64,000 nucleotides of DNA from Alphaproteobacteria bacterium (GTDB lineage: Bacteria; Pseudomonadota; Alphaproteobacteria; UBA828): NCBI GenBank assembly GCA_022826665.1, contig JAJDUK010000043.1, forward strand, positions 4,047-68,046. The letters run 5' to 3'. Positions 17,694-26,633 of this stretch are shown in pieces; the stretch's first letter is position 1; each line of letters opens with the position of its first letter. Below the pieces are notes generated by a model. The model was given only the letters and a program-made list of their open reading frames with translations. It was not told where the DNA came from and did no database searches. Made by a program: the position numbers and the translations under genes.

Positions 17694-18745
17694 GCGGCAC
17701 GCCGGCGTGGCCGGAACGCATCGCCGACGAGGCCGCGCTCGAAGACCTGATGACCGCGCCGGATGACGCGCTCCGCGCCTCTCTCGCCCGTGTAGACGGC
17801 GACATCATCGTGCTCGGCGTCGGCGGCAAGATGGGGCCGACGCTCGCGGGCCTCGCTAAGCGCGCCGCGCCCGAGAAGCGCGTCATCGGCGTTGCCCGCT
17901 TCACCGACTCGCGCGTGCCCCAGAAACTTGCCGTCTGGGGCGTCGAGGCCATCCAGTGCAACCTGCTCGACCGCGATGCGGTCGCGGCCCTGCCGCGGCT
18001 CCCCAACGTGGTGTTCATGGCCGGCCGCAAGTTCGGCGCTGTGGGCGACGACGACTTGACCTGGGCGATGAACGCCTACGTGCCCGCCATCGTCGCCGAG
18101 ACCTTCCACGAATCCCGGATCGTCGCCTTCTCCACCGGCTGCGTCTATCCCTTCGTCGATGTCCGCCACCAGGGCGCTGTCGAGGAGACGCCGCCGACGC
18201 CGCCGCCCGGCGAGTACGCCAACTCCTGCGTCGGCCGCGAGCGGCTGATCCAGTATTTCTCGCGCCGTCTCGGCACGCCGGGGCGGCTGGTGCGGCTCAA
18301 CTACGCGATCGACATGCGCTACGGCGTGCTGCACGACGTGGCCCGCAAGGTGCGGGACGGCGTGCCCATCGACCTCGCCTCCGGCCACGTCAACGTGATC
18401 TGGCAGGGGGACGCCAACGCCATGGCGCTGCGCTGCTTCGAGCACTGCACCGTGCCGGCCGCGCCGATCAACGTGAGCGGGCCGGAGACCGTGAGCATCC
18501 GCGCGCTGGCCGCAGCCTTCGGCGAGCGCCTCGACCGGGAGCCCGTGTTCGCAGGCAAGGAGGCGGCATGCGGCTGGCTCACCAACGCCGAACGCGCCTT
18601 CGCGCTCTTCGGCTATCCGCGCGTGCCGCTCGGGCGGATGATCGACTGGGTGTCGGACTGGGTCGCGCGCGACATGCCGAGCCTCGCCAAGCCCACCCAG
18701 TACGAAGTGAGGGACGGCGTGTTCTCCGCGCCGGCGGCATCGTGA
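17690..18745 (+). CDS. NAD-dependent epimerase/dehydratase-family protein
   Basis: 351 aa. ATG overlaps the upstream stop (ATGA). IIVLGVGGKMG Rossmann motif. Confidence 0.8.
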   Translation: MSGTPAWPERIADEAALEDLMTAPDDALRASLARVDGDIIVLGVGGKMGPTLAGLAKRAAPEKRVIGVARFTDSRVPQKLAVWGVEAIQCNLLDRDAVAALPRLPNVVFMAGRKFGAVGDDDLTWAMNAYVPAIVAETFHESRIVAFSTGCVYPFVDVRHQGAVEETPPTPPPGEYANSCVGRERLIQYFSRRLGTPGRLVRLNYAIDMRYGVLHDVARKVRDGVPIDLASGHVNVIWQGDANAMALRCFEHCTVPAAPINVSGPETVSIRALAAAFGERLDREPVFAGKEAACGWLTNAERAFALFGYPRVPLGRMIDWVSDWVARDMPSLAKPTQYEVRDGVFSAPAAS

Positions 18746-19803
18746 GCCTCGGTTGGGGCGACGTGCCCGCGCCGGTGCGGGCGACGCTCGCGCGCGGCGT
18801 GGTGATCCCGGCGCATCCGCTCGCGCTCGACGCCGAGCGCCGGCTGGACACGGAGCGGCAGCGGGCGCTCTCCCGCTACTACATCGACGCCGGCGCCGGC
18901 GGGCTCGCGGTCGGTGTTCACACCACGCAGTTCGCGATCAGGGAGGCGGGGCTCTACGAGCCGGTGCTGAAGCTCGCCGCCGAGACCGCCGACGCCTGGA
19001 CCGACCGGCCGCTGGTGCGAATCGCGGGCCTGGTCGGGCGGACCGAGCAGGCGCTGGCCGAGGCGGACATCGCTCTCGGCCTCGGCTATCACGCCGGGAT
19101 GGTGAGCCTCGCCGCGTTCGCCGGCGCGAGCGAGGACGAGCGGCTGGAGCACTGTGCGCGTTTGGCCCAACGCATCCCCCTGGTCGGCTTCTACCTGCAG
19201 CCGGCGGTGGGCGGCGTGGTACTGGGACCCTCCTTCTGGCGCCGCCTCGCCGCGCTGGAGAACGTGGTGGCGATCAAGGTCGCGCCCTTCAACCGCTACC
19301 GCACCCTCGACGTGGTGCGCGGCGTGGTCGAGGCCGGTGCCGAGGACCGCGTAACCCTCTACACCGGAAACGACGATCACATCCTGCTCGATCTGGTCAC
19401 ACCCTGGCGCCTCATGCGTGGCGAAGAGGCCATCACGGTGCGCATCAAGGGCGGGCTGCTCGGCCACTGGAGCGTCTGGGTCAAGCGGGCCGTGGAGCTG
19501 CTGGAGCGCGCCCATGCGGCAGCGGAAGCCGGCGCCATCGATGCGGACTTCCTCGCGCTCGACTCCCAGATCACCGATTGCAACGCCGCTCTCTTCGACG
19601 TGGCCAACGAATTTCGGGGCTGCATCGCCGGCTGCCACGAGGTGCTGCGCCGCCAGGGCCTCATGCGCGGCATCTGGTGCCTCGACCCGGAGGAGGGGCT
19701 GAGCCCCGGCCAGGCGGCGGAGATCGACCGGGTTTCGGCGGCCTATCCGCACCTCACCGACGACGACTACGTGCGTGCTAATCTCGCGCGCTGGCTTGCA
19801 TAA
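18742..19803 (+). CDS. dihydrodipicolinate synthase (DapA/NAL)-family aldolase/dehydratase
   Basis: GTG start overlaps the upstream stop (GTGA). NVVAIKVAP matches the Schiff-base lysine context (GIKE/D) of DapA-family enzymes. About 353 aa. Confidence 0.65.
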   Translation: MSLGWGDVPAPVRATLARGVVIPAHPLALDAERRLDTERQRALSRYYIDAGAGGLAVGVHTTQFAIREAGLYEPVLKLAAETADAWTDRPLVRIAGLVGRTEQALAEADIALGLGYHAGMVSLAAFAGASEDERLEHCARLAQRIPLVGFYLQPAVGGVVLGPSFWRRLAALENVVAIKVAPFNRYRTLDVVRGVVEAGAEDRVTLYTGNDDHILLDLVTPWRLMRGEEAITVRIKGGLLGHWSVWVKRAVELLERAHAAAEAGAIDADFLALDSQITDCNAALFDVANEFRGCIAGCHEVLRRQGLMRGIWCLDPEEGLSPGQAAEIDRVSAAYPHLTDDDYVRANLARWLA

Positions 19804-19812
19804 GGATTACCC

Positions 19813-20808
19813 ATGAACGTGGCGGAACAAGCACAGACCGACGCGGTGCGAACCGGGGCGGTGACCTACCTTGCGGCATCGGTCGAGACCTCGCTCTACC
19901 GCAACGGCAAGGTGCTCGTGCGCAGGGATAGCGAAGGCAATGATACCCCGTGGGAGGGCACCGAGCGGGACAAGCGCCAGGTGCTAATTCATGACGCGCG
20001 CGGCCTGGCAGGGCCCGAGCGCCGCACCCTCGAGGCCAATGGCTTTGAAATGCTCGAACGGACGCTGGCGGCGCCCGCCCTCGACTTTCTCGATCACGAG
20101 CAGGTGGTGCGCCGCTACTACCCGCACTGTGCCGATATCGTCCGGCAGCACACCGGCGCGCGCATCGTCAAGGCCTTCGACCACAACGTGCGCTCGGCCT
20201 CCGGCAAGCTGAGCGGGCAGCGCATCGCGGGCGGGCAGCACGTGCAGCGGCCTGCGCACGTGGTGCACGGCGATTACACGCTGACCAGCGGACCCCAGCG
20301 CCTGCGCGACTTGGCGAATCCGCCGACCGTCAACGACACCTACCGCACGCTGATGGCCGACGGCGAAACGCTGCTCGACAAGGCGGCTGTCGCGCGCGCC
20401 CTCGAGGCGGGCCGGTTTGCGCTCATCAATCTCTGGCGGAACATCGCCGAGGAGCCGGTCGCGACCCATCCGCTCGCGCTCTGCGATGCGGCCAGCGTGC
20501 ATCCGGACGACTTGGTTGTGTTCGAGATTCACTACGCAGACCGCATCGGCGAGAACTACTTCGCGAAGCACGCCGACGCTCATCGCTGGTACTTCTATCC
20601 CGCACTTACCCGCGACGAAGCATTGCTGATCAAGCAGTGGGATTCGGCGGGGGGCATGGCGCGCTCCGAGGGCGCGGCGGCGGACGCGGCGAGCCCTGAC
20701 GCGCCCTGCACCTTCAGCTTCCACACCGCCTTCGAGGACCCGACGACGGTGCCCGACGCGCCCGACCGCTGGAGCATCGAGGTGCGCTGCATCGTGCTCT
20801 ACGATTAG
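19813..20808 (+). CDS. CmcJ/NvfI-like protein (putative non-haem Fe(II)/2-oxoglutarate-type oxygenase)
   Basis: 331 aa. Candidate facial-triad residues H-x-D in VVHGDYT and a distal His in FSFHTAFEDP. Terminal RWSIEVRCIV could supply the 2OG-binding Arg. Family call rests on pattern recognition and is not confirmed. Confidence 0.5.
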   Translation: MNVAEQAQTDAVRTGAVTYLAASVETSLYRNGKVLVRRDSEGNDTPWEGTERDKRQVLIHDARGLAGPERRTLEANGFEMLERTLAAPALDFLDHEQVVRRYYPHCADIVRQHTGARIVKAFDHNVRSASGKLSGQRIAGGQHVQRPAHVVHGDYTLTSGPQRLRDLANPPTVNDTYRTLMADGETLLDKAAVARALEAGRFALINLWRNIAEEPVATHPLALCDAASVHPDDLVVFEIHYADRIGENYFAKHADAHRWYFYPALTRDEALLIKQWDSAGGMARSEGAAADAASPDAPCTFSFHTAFEDPTTVPDAPDRWSIEVRCIVLYD

Positions 20809-20832
20809 AGTGCGCAAACGCGTCGCGGCGCC

Positions 20833-20861
20833 TTGACAGGGGCGGGCGCGATTCTTCTAAT
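20833..20861 (+). promoter_or_regulatory. sigma70-like promoter for tRNA-Val (TTGACA-N17-TCTAAT)
   Basis: TTGACA at 20833-20838, a 17-nt spacer, TCTAAT at 20856-20861. The mature tRNA 5' end lies 12 nt downstream. Confidence 0.4.
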
Positions 20862-20873
20862 CGCCTGCCGGGC

Positions 20874-20948
20874 GGGCGCTTAGCTCAGCGGGAGAGCACC
20901 GTCTTCACACGGCGGGGGTCGCTGGTTCAAATCCAGCAGCGCCCACCA
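20874..20948 (+). tRNA. tRNA-Val (anticodon CAC), CCA encoded
   Basis: Manual fold: acceptor GGGCGCT/AGCGCCC; D-arm GCTC-AGCGGG-AGAGC; anticodon stem CCGTC/GGCGG with loop TTCACAC (anticodon CAC); T-arm GCTGG-TTCAAAT-CCAGC; discriminator A plus CCA. Confidence 0.85.
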
Positions 20949-21019
20949 GCCCGGCCTGCCGCCGCGATGCGGCAGCCCAGCCGCGCCGTCCGGGCGGCAA
21001 CTCAGCGGGAGCGAGAACG

Positions 21020-21898
21020 ATGGCCGAGGTCGCATGCGTGGTCGATTGCCGGGACCAGCTCGGCGAGAGCCCGGTCTGGTGCCCCGTCGACCAGCACCTC
21101 TACTGGCTCGACATCAAGGGCCAGTCGATCAGCTGGTTTGCGCCGGGCAGCGGCGCGTACGAGAAGGTGCCGGTGGACGAGCAGCCCGGCTCACTGGTGC
21201 TGCGCGAGCAGGGCGGCATGGTGGTCGCCTTCTACGGCGGCTTCCGCTTCTTCGATCCCGAGACCGGCGCGGTCGAGACCATCCACGAGGTCGAGACCGA
21301 CCAGCCCGAGAGCCGCATGAACGACGGCCGCTGCGACCGGCAGGGCCGCTTCTGGGCCGGCAGCATGGACGATGGAATGGTCGGCCGCCCGCTCGGCTCT
21401 CTCTACCGGCTCGACCACGATCTCAGCCTGCACAAGACCGAGACCGGCATCGTCGTCTCCAACTCGATCGCCTTCAGTCCCGCGGGCGAAGTCATGTATT
21501 ACGCCGATCTGGACCAGGACGTGATCTGGGCTTACGACCTCGACACCGCCAGCGGCGCGATCTCCAACAGGCGGGTCTTCGTCGGCCCTGGCAGCGCGCC
21601 GGGCATCCCCGACGGCTCCACCGTCGATGCCGAGGGCTACGTCTGGAACGCACGCTGGAACGGCTGGTGCGTCGCCCGCTTCGCGCCGGACGGCACGCTG
21701 GACCGCACCATTGAGATGCCGTTCCAGCAGGTCACCTGCCCGATGTTCGGCGGTGCGGACCTCGACGTGCTCTACGTCACCGGCGCCCGCGTGAACCTGA
21801 GCGACGAGGTGCTGGCGAAGCAGGAGGAAGCCGGCAGCATCTTCGCCGTCACCGGCACGGGCTGCACTGGCCTGCCCGAGCCCCGCTTCAAGGGCTGA
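21020..21898 (+). CDS. SMP-30/gluconolactonase/LRE-family protein
   Basis: 292 aa beta-propeller with ESPVW, NDGRCD, DG...W motifs characteristic of regucalcin/gluconolactonase. Confidence 0.85.
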   Translation: MAEVACVVDCRDQLGESPVWCPVDQHLYWLDIKGQSISWFAPGSGAYEKVPVDEQPGSLVLREQGGMVVAFYGGFRFFDPETGAVETIHEVETDQPESRMNDGRCDRQGRFWAGSMDDGMVGRPLGSLYRLDHDLSLHKTETGIVVSNSIAFSPAGEVMYYADLDQDVIWAYDLDTASGAISNRRVFVGPGSAPGIPDGSTVDAEGYVWNARWNGWCVARFAPDGTLDRTIEMPFQQVTCPMFGGADLDVLYVTGARVNLSDEVLAKQEEAGSIFAVTGTGCTGLPEPRFKG

Positions 21899-22077
21899 CC
21901 CACGCGGGGTCGTTGGCGGCCCCGCGACTTATTCATTTCCCTCAAGCGCCGGGCGCACGCTCCGCTCGCTTGGCTACGCGCATTAGCGCGCGGCGCAGTA
22001 GCGCCGTCCGGGGCAGCGGCCCCGGGGGGCGGCGGGGGACAGGGGGAGGTGGGAGTGTGCGCCCCGCGACGTCTTTC

Positions 22078-23133
22078 TCAGCCCGCCGGGATCACCCGGG
22101 CGGCGCGCATCTCGTCGAAGATCTCGACAAAATTCTGCTCGGTGTCGATGGCTTCGGTGAAGCCGTACTGCAGGCGCTTGGTGTCTTCCAGGATGGTGTC
22201 CCAGGTGCGGCCGAAGTTCCAATCGGCGAAGCCCCAGTCGCCGAGGTCGGAGAAGTCCATCGGCTTGAGCTGGTGCTTGCGCGCGATCTCGTCCCAGACC
22301 GGACCCTTGTCCGCCATGAAGTCGGCGAGCTTCATCGGCACGAGGACGCCGGGCCGGCAGCCGAAATACTCGGTGAAGAGCGGCCACAGGTTGCACCAGC
22401 GCATGCCCGAGACGTTGGTCACGTTGAAGGCCTCGCCGGCGCAGGCGGGATTCTGAGCGGCCCAGGCGGCGCAGCGGCCGAGCAGCCTCGCGTCGATGAA
22501 CTTGTTGAAGGCCGTGAATGCTGCCTCCGGCCCCGGATAGTTGAGCGGCACGTCCAGCTCCTTGCAGATGCTGGCATAGACCGCCACCAGCGAGGCGGTG
22601 TTGAGCGGAATGCCCTCGGCGAAGCCGACCACTGCCTCGGGCCTCAGCATGGTGTAGTGCCAGGACTTGCCCTCGTGCAGCGCGGTGATGAAGTCCTGCT
22701 GGTTGTAATAGAAGTTGGGCGGCAGGTGGCGCGGGTCGGTCTCCCTGGAGGGCGTCTTGTGCGGGCCGAGGTGGACGCCGTAGTACTTGCCGCCCTGCAC
22801 CAGGATCACGCGCTCCAGCGTCGGCGAGATCGGCTCGATCACGCCAACCGAGTTGACCACCAGCGCGAGATTGCCCTCGACGTTCTCCGCCTCCACGCCG
22901 CCGGAGAGGCCCGCGTAGAAGATGTGGGTGACGTCGGTGAGGCCGGCGAGCTTCTCCTGGGCTTGCGCGTTGTCCAGCAGGTCGACGGAGATGAAGGTGG
23001 CTCCGGTCTCGAAGTTCGCGGGCCGCCGCGACAGCCCGACGATCTCCCAACCGCCTTCGGCCTCGAGTGCCTGGATGATGTTGCGCCCGATCATACCGAG
23101 GCCGCCGACGACGACCGCCTTACCCTTCGCCAT
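22078..23133 (-). CDS. atypical SDR / NAD-dependent epimerase-like reductase (PRISE-like)
   Basis: ATG at complement(23131..23133) with GGGGAGATGAAGG RBS. AVVVGGLGMIGRN Rossmann motif, about 352 aa. The long upstream extension in the ORF track is not coding. Confidence 0.7.
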   Translation of the reverse strand: MAKGKAVVVGGLGMIGRNIIQALEAEGGWEIVGLSRRPANFETGATFISVDLLDNAQAQEKLAGLTDVTHIFYAGLSGGVEAENVEGNLALVVNSVGVIEPISPTLERVILVQGGKYYGVHLGPHKTPSRETDPRHLPPNFYYNQQDFITALHEGKSWHYTMLRPEAVVGFAEGIPLNTASLVAVYASICKELDVPLNYPGPEAAFTAFNKFIDARLLGRCAAWAAQNPACAGEAFNVTNVSGMRWCNLWPLFTEYFGCRPGVLVPMKLADFMADKGPVWDEIARKHQLKPMDFSDLGDWGFADWNFGRTWDTILEDTKRLQYGFTEAIDTEQNFVEIFDEMRAARVIPAG

Positions 23134-23298
23134 ACCTTCATCTCCCCATTGATTTGCTGCGGGCTGCGCCCGGACGGCGCGCATGATAGGCAGCAGGCCT
23201 CTGCGGTCAAACCGGTGGCCGGATCGGGACGGGTAGGGCAATCCGCGCGGGTAGGCTAACCTGAGCGCGTTCCGTGGCCGGCTTCGGGGAGTGACGTC

Positions 23299-24675
23299 AT
23301 GGCACGCGATTGGAACGAGCTCGAGCGTTGGGACCGGGCCTACTACCTGCACGGCCTGCAGGCCGAGGACGAGCTCAGCATCACGGCGGTCGACAGCACC
23401 GACGGCAACTATCTCACGCTTGCCGACGGCACGCGGCTGCTGGACTTCATGAGCCAGCTGATCTCCGACAACCTCGGGCACCGGCACCCGGCGATCCACG
23501 GCGCGCTGGCCGAGGCCATGGAGCGCTACGGCCACGTCACCTACACGATGGCGAACGAGTATCGCGCCCGCGCCGCAAAGCTGGTGATCGAGGACATCCT
23601 GGGACAGGAGGGCTGGGCCGGCAGGCTGCGCGTCCTGCCCTCCGGTACCGAGGCGACGGAGAGCTGCATCACCATGGCGCGGCTTTACACCGGGCGCAGC
23701 GTCATCCTGACCCAGGCCCACTCTTTCCACGGCATGACCGTGGGCGCGACCATGATGCGTGGCTACCGCAACAACATCTCGACCGACGACGGCTTCGCCG
23801 ACGTCGCCGACGTGCCCGGCTGGCCGCCCCACGGCTACATCCCGATCCCGCCGCCGGAGCACGAGGACTGGCAGGCCAACGGGCGACTGCCGTCTCTAGA
23901 GGCAACGGAGCACATCGTTCGCGCGGTGGGGCCGGAGAACATCGCGGCGGTGATCAGCGAGCCGATGTTCGGCGCGGGCGGCACCCTGCCGCACACGGAC
24001 TACCTGCCGGGACTCCGCGCGCTCTGCGACAAGTACGGCTTCCTCTGGATCGACGACGAGGTGATCACGGGCTTCGGGCGGCTCGGCGAGTGGTTCGGCT
24101 ACATGCACTGGCCCGGCGTGAAGCCGGACCTGATGGCCGCCGGCAAGGGCATCAACGGCTCTGCGCTGCCGGTCGGCGCCGTGATTGCGAGCGCGCCCAT
24201 CGCCGACTTCTTCGAGAAGGCCCGCTGGTGGACCGGCAGCACCTGGGACGGCCATCCGCTGATCTGCGCCACCATCGTCGGCAACCTCGAATACATGCTC
24301 GCCAACGACATCATGCAGCAGGTGCGCCAGCGCGGTGCCTACCTCAAGGACCGGCTCGACGGGCTAAGGGAAGGACATCCCTGCGTCGGCCGCGTGTCAG
24401 GGCGCGGGCTCTTCTACACGCTCGATCTCGTCGATAAGAACGGCGAGCCCATCGTGCCGGAGGACCGCTACTCGCCGTTTACCGGCGATCTCGGCACGCA
24501 TCCCAACGTCATCGTCGCGGCCGAGAACGCGAAGCGCGGCGTCTTCATGGGCGGCTTTTCGCCCAACACGATCAAGGTCGGCCCGCCGTTCACGATCACC
24601 CAGGAGGAGATCGACACCGCAGCCGACGCGCTGGACGCCTCGCTCACGGTGATCGACGAGCGCTTCACCCGCTGA
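23299..24675 (+). CDS. class III (omega-type) aminotransferase
   Basis: 458 aa. PLP fold-type I with WIDDEVITGFGRLG (Asp...Lys region) typical of class III aminotransferases. Confidence 0.85.
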   Translation: MARDWNELERWDRAYYLHGLQAEDELSITAVDSTDGNYLTLADGTRLLDFMSQLISDNLGHRHPAIHGALAEAMERYGHVTYTMANEYRARAAKLVIEDILGQEGWAGRLRVLPSGTEATESCITMARLYTGRSVILTQAHSFHGMTVGATMMRGYRNNISTDDGFADVADVPGWPPHGYIPIPPPEHEDWQANGRLPSLEATEHIVRAVGPENIAAVISEPMFGAGGTLPHTDYLPGLRALCDKYGFLWIDDEVITGFGRLGEWFGYMHWPGVKPDLMAAGKGINGSALPVGAVIASAPIADFFEKARWWTGSTWDGHPLICATIVGNLEYMLANDIMQQVRQRGAYLKDRLDGLREGHPCVGRVSGRGLFYTLDLVDKNGEPIVPEDRYSPFTGDLGTHPNVIVAAENAKRGVFMGGFSPNTIKVGPPFTITQEEIDTAADALDASLTVIDERFTR

Positions 24676-24729
24676 GAGATTCGGTTCGCCGTTTCATCCA
24701 AGAGGTTTCTACACTGGCGCGGCAGGCGA

Positions 24730-25092
24730 TCACGTGTTGAAGAAGACGTGCTTGTTGCCGTCCAGGTCGCGGAAGTAGCCGCCGTAGAACGTGCCCGCGC
24801 GGGGGCCGGGCTCGCCCTCGTCGGTGGCGCCGAGCGAGATGGCCTTGGCGTACAGCGCATCGACCCTGTCGTTGCTGCCGACATCGAAGGCGGTCATGGT
24901 GCCGTTGCCGGGCTGCGCGTCGTTGCCGTCGGCGGGCTTGATGATCATGAACATGGCGCCCTTGCCGTCGGACCAGCCGACGTAGCGGTCAGATTCCAGC
25001 GCGCGCTTGGTGCCCAAGTCGGCCAGCAGTTCGTCCCAGAACGTCGCCGCGCGCTCCAGGTCATTGGTGCCGACGGTGATATAGCCGATCAT
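24730..25092 (-). CDS. VOC (glyoxalase/bleomycin-resistance) family protein
   Basis: 120 aa from ATG at complement(25090..25092) with AAGGGAGA RBS. MIGYITVGTNDLERAATFW ... GGYFRDLDGNKHVFF. The rest of the listed 344-aa ORF is GC-frame read-through. Confidence 0.7.
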   Translation of the reverse strand: MIGYITVGTNDLERAATFWDELLADLGTKRALESDRYVGWSDGKGAMFMIIKPADGNDAQPGNGTMTAFDVGSNDRVDALYAKAISLGATDEGEPGPRAGTFYGGYFRDLDGNKHVFFNT

Positions 25093-25205
25093 GCTCGTCT
25101 CCCTTTGCGTTGCTGAGGCGCGGTCCTCGAACGGAGGCGCCATCGATCGGGTCTTATCCCACGGCACGCCAGAGCGGGCGAGAGAGGTTCCGCACGGGGT
25201 TTCCC

Positions 25206-25610
25206 CTACGGCATTTCTTCGATGGTGGGGAGCGACGGGATCTGGTCGAGCCAGTGCTGCTTGGAGCGGTTGTAGATGTGGACCTTCGGAACCAGTTGAT
25301 CGCGTTGCTTGATGGTGCCGACACGGATGCCGTAGAAGGGGCCGGCCGGGTCCGAGGTCGCATAGATGGGTGAGCCGCAGGTCCCGCAGAAGCCCTGCTG
25401 GCGCCGGTTGCCGCTGTCCGCCATCTTGACGTAGACCTTGATCTCGCCGGTGAGCAGGGTGAAGGCGTCCTCCTGCGTGAAGGCGACCGTGCGGAATGCC
25501 GAGCCGGAGAGCGACTGACAATCCGTGCAATTGCAGATGAGGATTCGGTCTGTGTTGAGTTCCGCTTCGTAGGTGATCTGCCCGCAGAAGCAGGCGCCGT
25601 CCACCTTCAT
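25206..25610 (-). CDS. GFA-family protein (glutathione-dependent formaldehyde-activating / CENP-V-like Zn-binding)
   Basis: 134 aa from ATG at complement(25608..25610) with GAAGGGAGGA RBS. Cys motifs CFCGQI, CNCTDCQ, CGTCGSP. Confidence 0.75.
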   Translation of the reverse strand: MKVDGACFCGQITYEAELNTDRILICNCTDCQSLSGSAFRTVAFTQEDAFTLLTGEIKVYVKMADSGNRRQQGFCGTCGSPIYATSDPAGPFYGIRVGTIKQRDQLVPKVHIYNRSKQHWLDQIPSLPTIEEMP

Positions 25611-25654
25611 CGTAGTCCTCCCTTCGCTGAAACCTCTGGCCGTGCTGGACACCG

Positions 25655-26611
25655 TTACTCGAACACGATGCGCGGCAGATAGCAGGAAACCACCCAGTTG
25701 GGCCGGTCGACGATCTCGCTGATGCGCAGGTCCGCGCAGACGCTGCACAGCATGTAGGCCTCATCCGCCGCCAGGCCGCGCGAGGCGCCGAGCCGGTCGA
25801 TCATGCCGCGCACGGCGTTCTGCGCCGCCTCCATCAGGTCCGGGCCGATCCCCGTGGTGACCTCGTAGCCCTTGGCGTCGAGATGGCGCGAGACCGGGCC
25901 CGGCGTCTCGAAGCGCGGGAAGAGCAGCCCCTCGCCCTTGATCAGGTCGAGTCGGACGGCCGGCGCCATCGGCGATTCGATCGCCGTGCCGCAGACCTCG
26001 CCGTCTCCTTGGGCGCAATGCGGGTCGCCGATGGAGAAGAGCCCGCCCGGCACCTGCACCGGCAGATAGAGGTCGACGCCGATGGTGAGGTCGCGGATGT
26101 CCATGTTGCCGCCGCTCTCGTAGGGCGGCACGGTGCTGAAGCCGCCGGGCTCCGCGCGGGCGAGGCCGATGGTGCCGCAGAAGGGCTTGAGCGGCACGCG
26201 CGCGATGCCGGAGTAGGCGGCGGGTTCGCGAAAGCTCGTGTCGTAGGACCAGATGTTGAGCGATGGCTCCGGGAAGTCGTCCGCCAGCAGGCCGAAGCCC
26301 GGAACGATCGCCGTCCACGCCCAGCCCGAGGCCGTGAGGTCCACCAGGGTCGCCTTGATGGTGTCGCCGGGCTCGGCCCCGTCGATGTAGATGGGCCCGG
26401 CAATGGGGTTGACCCGGTCGAAGTCGAGGTTGGCGACCGCCTCCGGGGTGGAATCTGGGGCGAGCTGCCCGCACACCGCATCGACCTCCGCGAAGGCGAC
26501 GGTCTCCCCCGGCGCGACCGTCGCAGCCGGCTCGCGGGCGTTGTCCCAGGTCATGTGCTGATGGCCTGCGTGGATGGTGCGCACGCCGACCGCCCCGTCG
26601 GTTCCGCTCAC
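25655..26611 (-). CDS. formamidase / acetamidase (FmdA-AmdA family)
   Basis: 318 aa. FmdA_AmdA family-like conserved blocks (GPIYIDGAEPGD, NMDIRDL, GDPHCAQGDGEVCGTAIE). Confidence 0.85.
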   Translation of the reverse strand: MSGTDGAVGVRTIHAGHQHMTWDNAREPAATVAPGETVAFAEVDAVCGQLAPDSTPEAVANLDFDRVNPIAGPIYIDGAEPGDTIKATLVDLTASGWAWTAIVPGFGLLADDFPEPSLNIWSYDTSFREPAAYSGIARVPLKPFCGTIGLARAEPGGFSTVPPYESGGNMDIRDLTIGVDLYLPVQVPGGLFSIGDPHCAQGDGEVCGTAIESPMAPAVRLDLIKGEGLLFPRFETPGPVSRHLDAKGYEVTTGIGPDLMEAAQNAVRGMIDRLGASRGLAADEAYMLCSVCADLRISEIVDRPNWVVSCYLPRIVFE

Positions 26612-26633
26612 GAGGAGACCTCCCTGCCGTTCG

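Noticed and set aside
21913-23259. 448-aa plus-strand ORF and several others (21983..23050, 22049..22456) over the PRISE-like SDR gene
   Set aside because: They overlap the minus-strand reductase, which has a clear RBS, Rossmann motif and domain structure. The alternate-frame translations are low-complexity.
24730-25764. 344-aa ORF proposed for the VOC gene, and 180-aa / 447-aa extended ORFs for the GFA and OsmC genes
   Set aside because: In each case only the C-terminal segment, from an internal ATG preceded by a strong GGAGG-type RBS, has recognisable domain content. The upstream extensions are stop-free GC-rich read-through and were trimmed.
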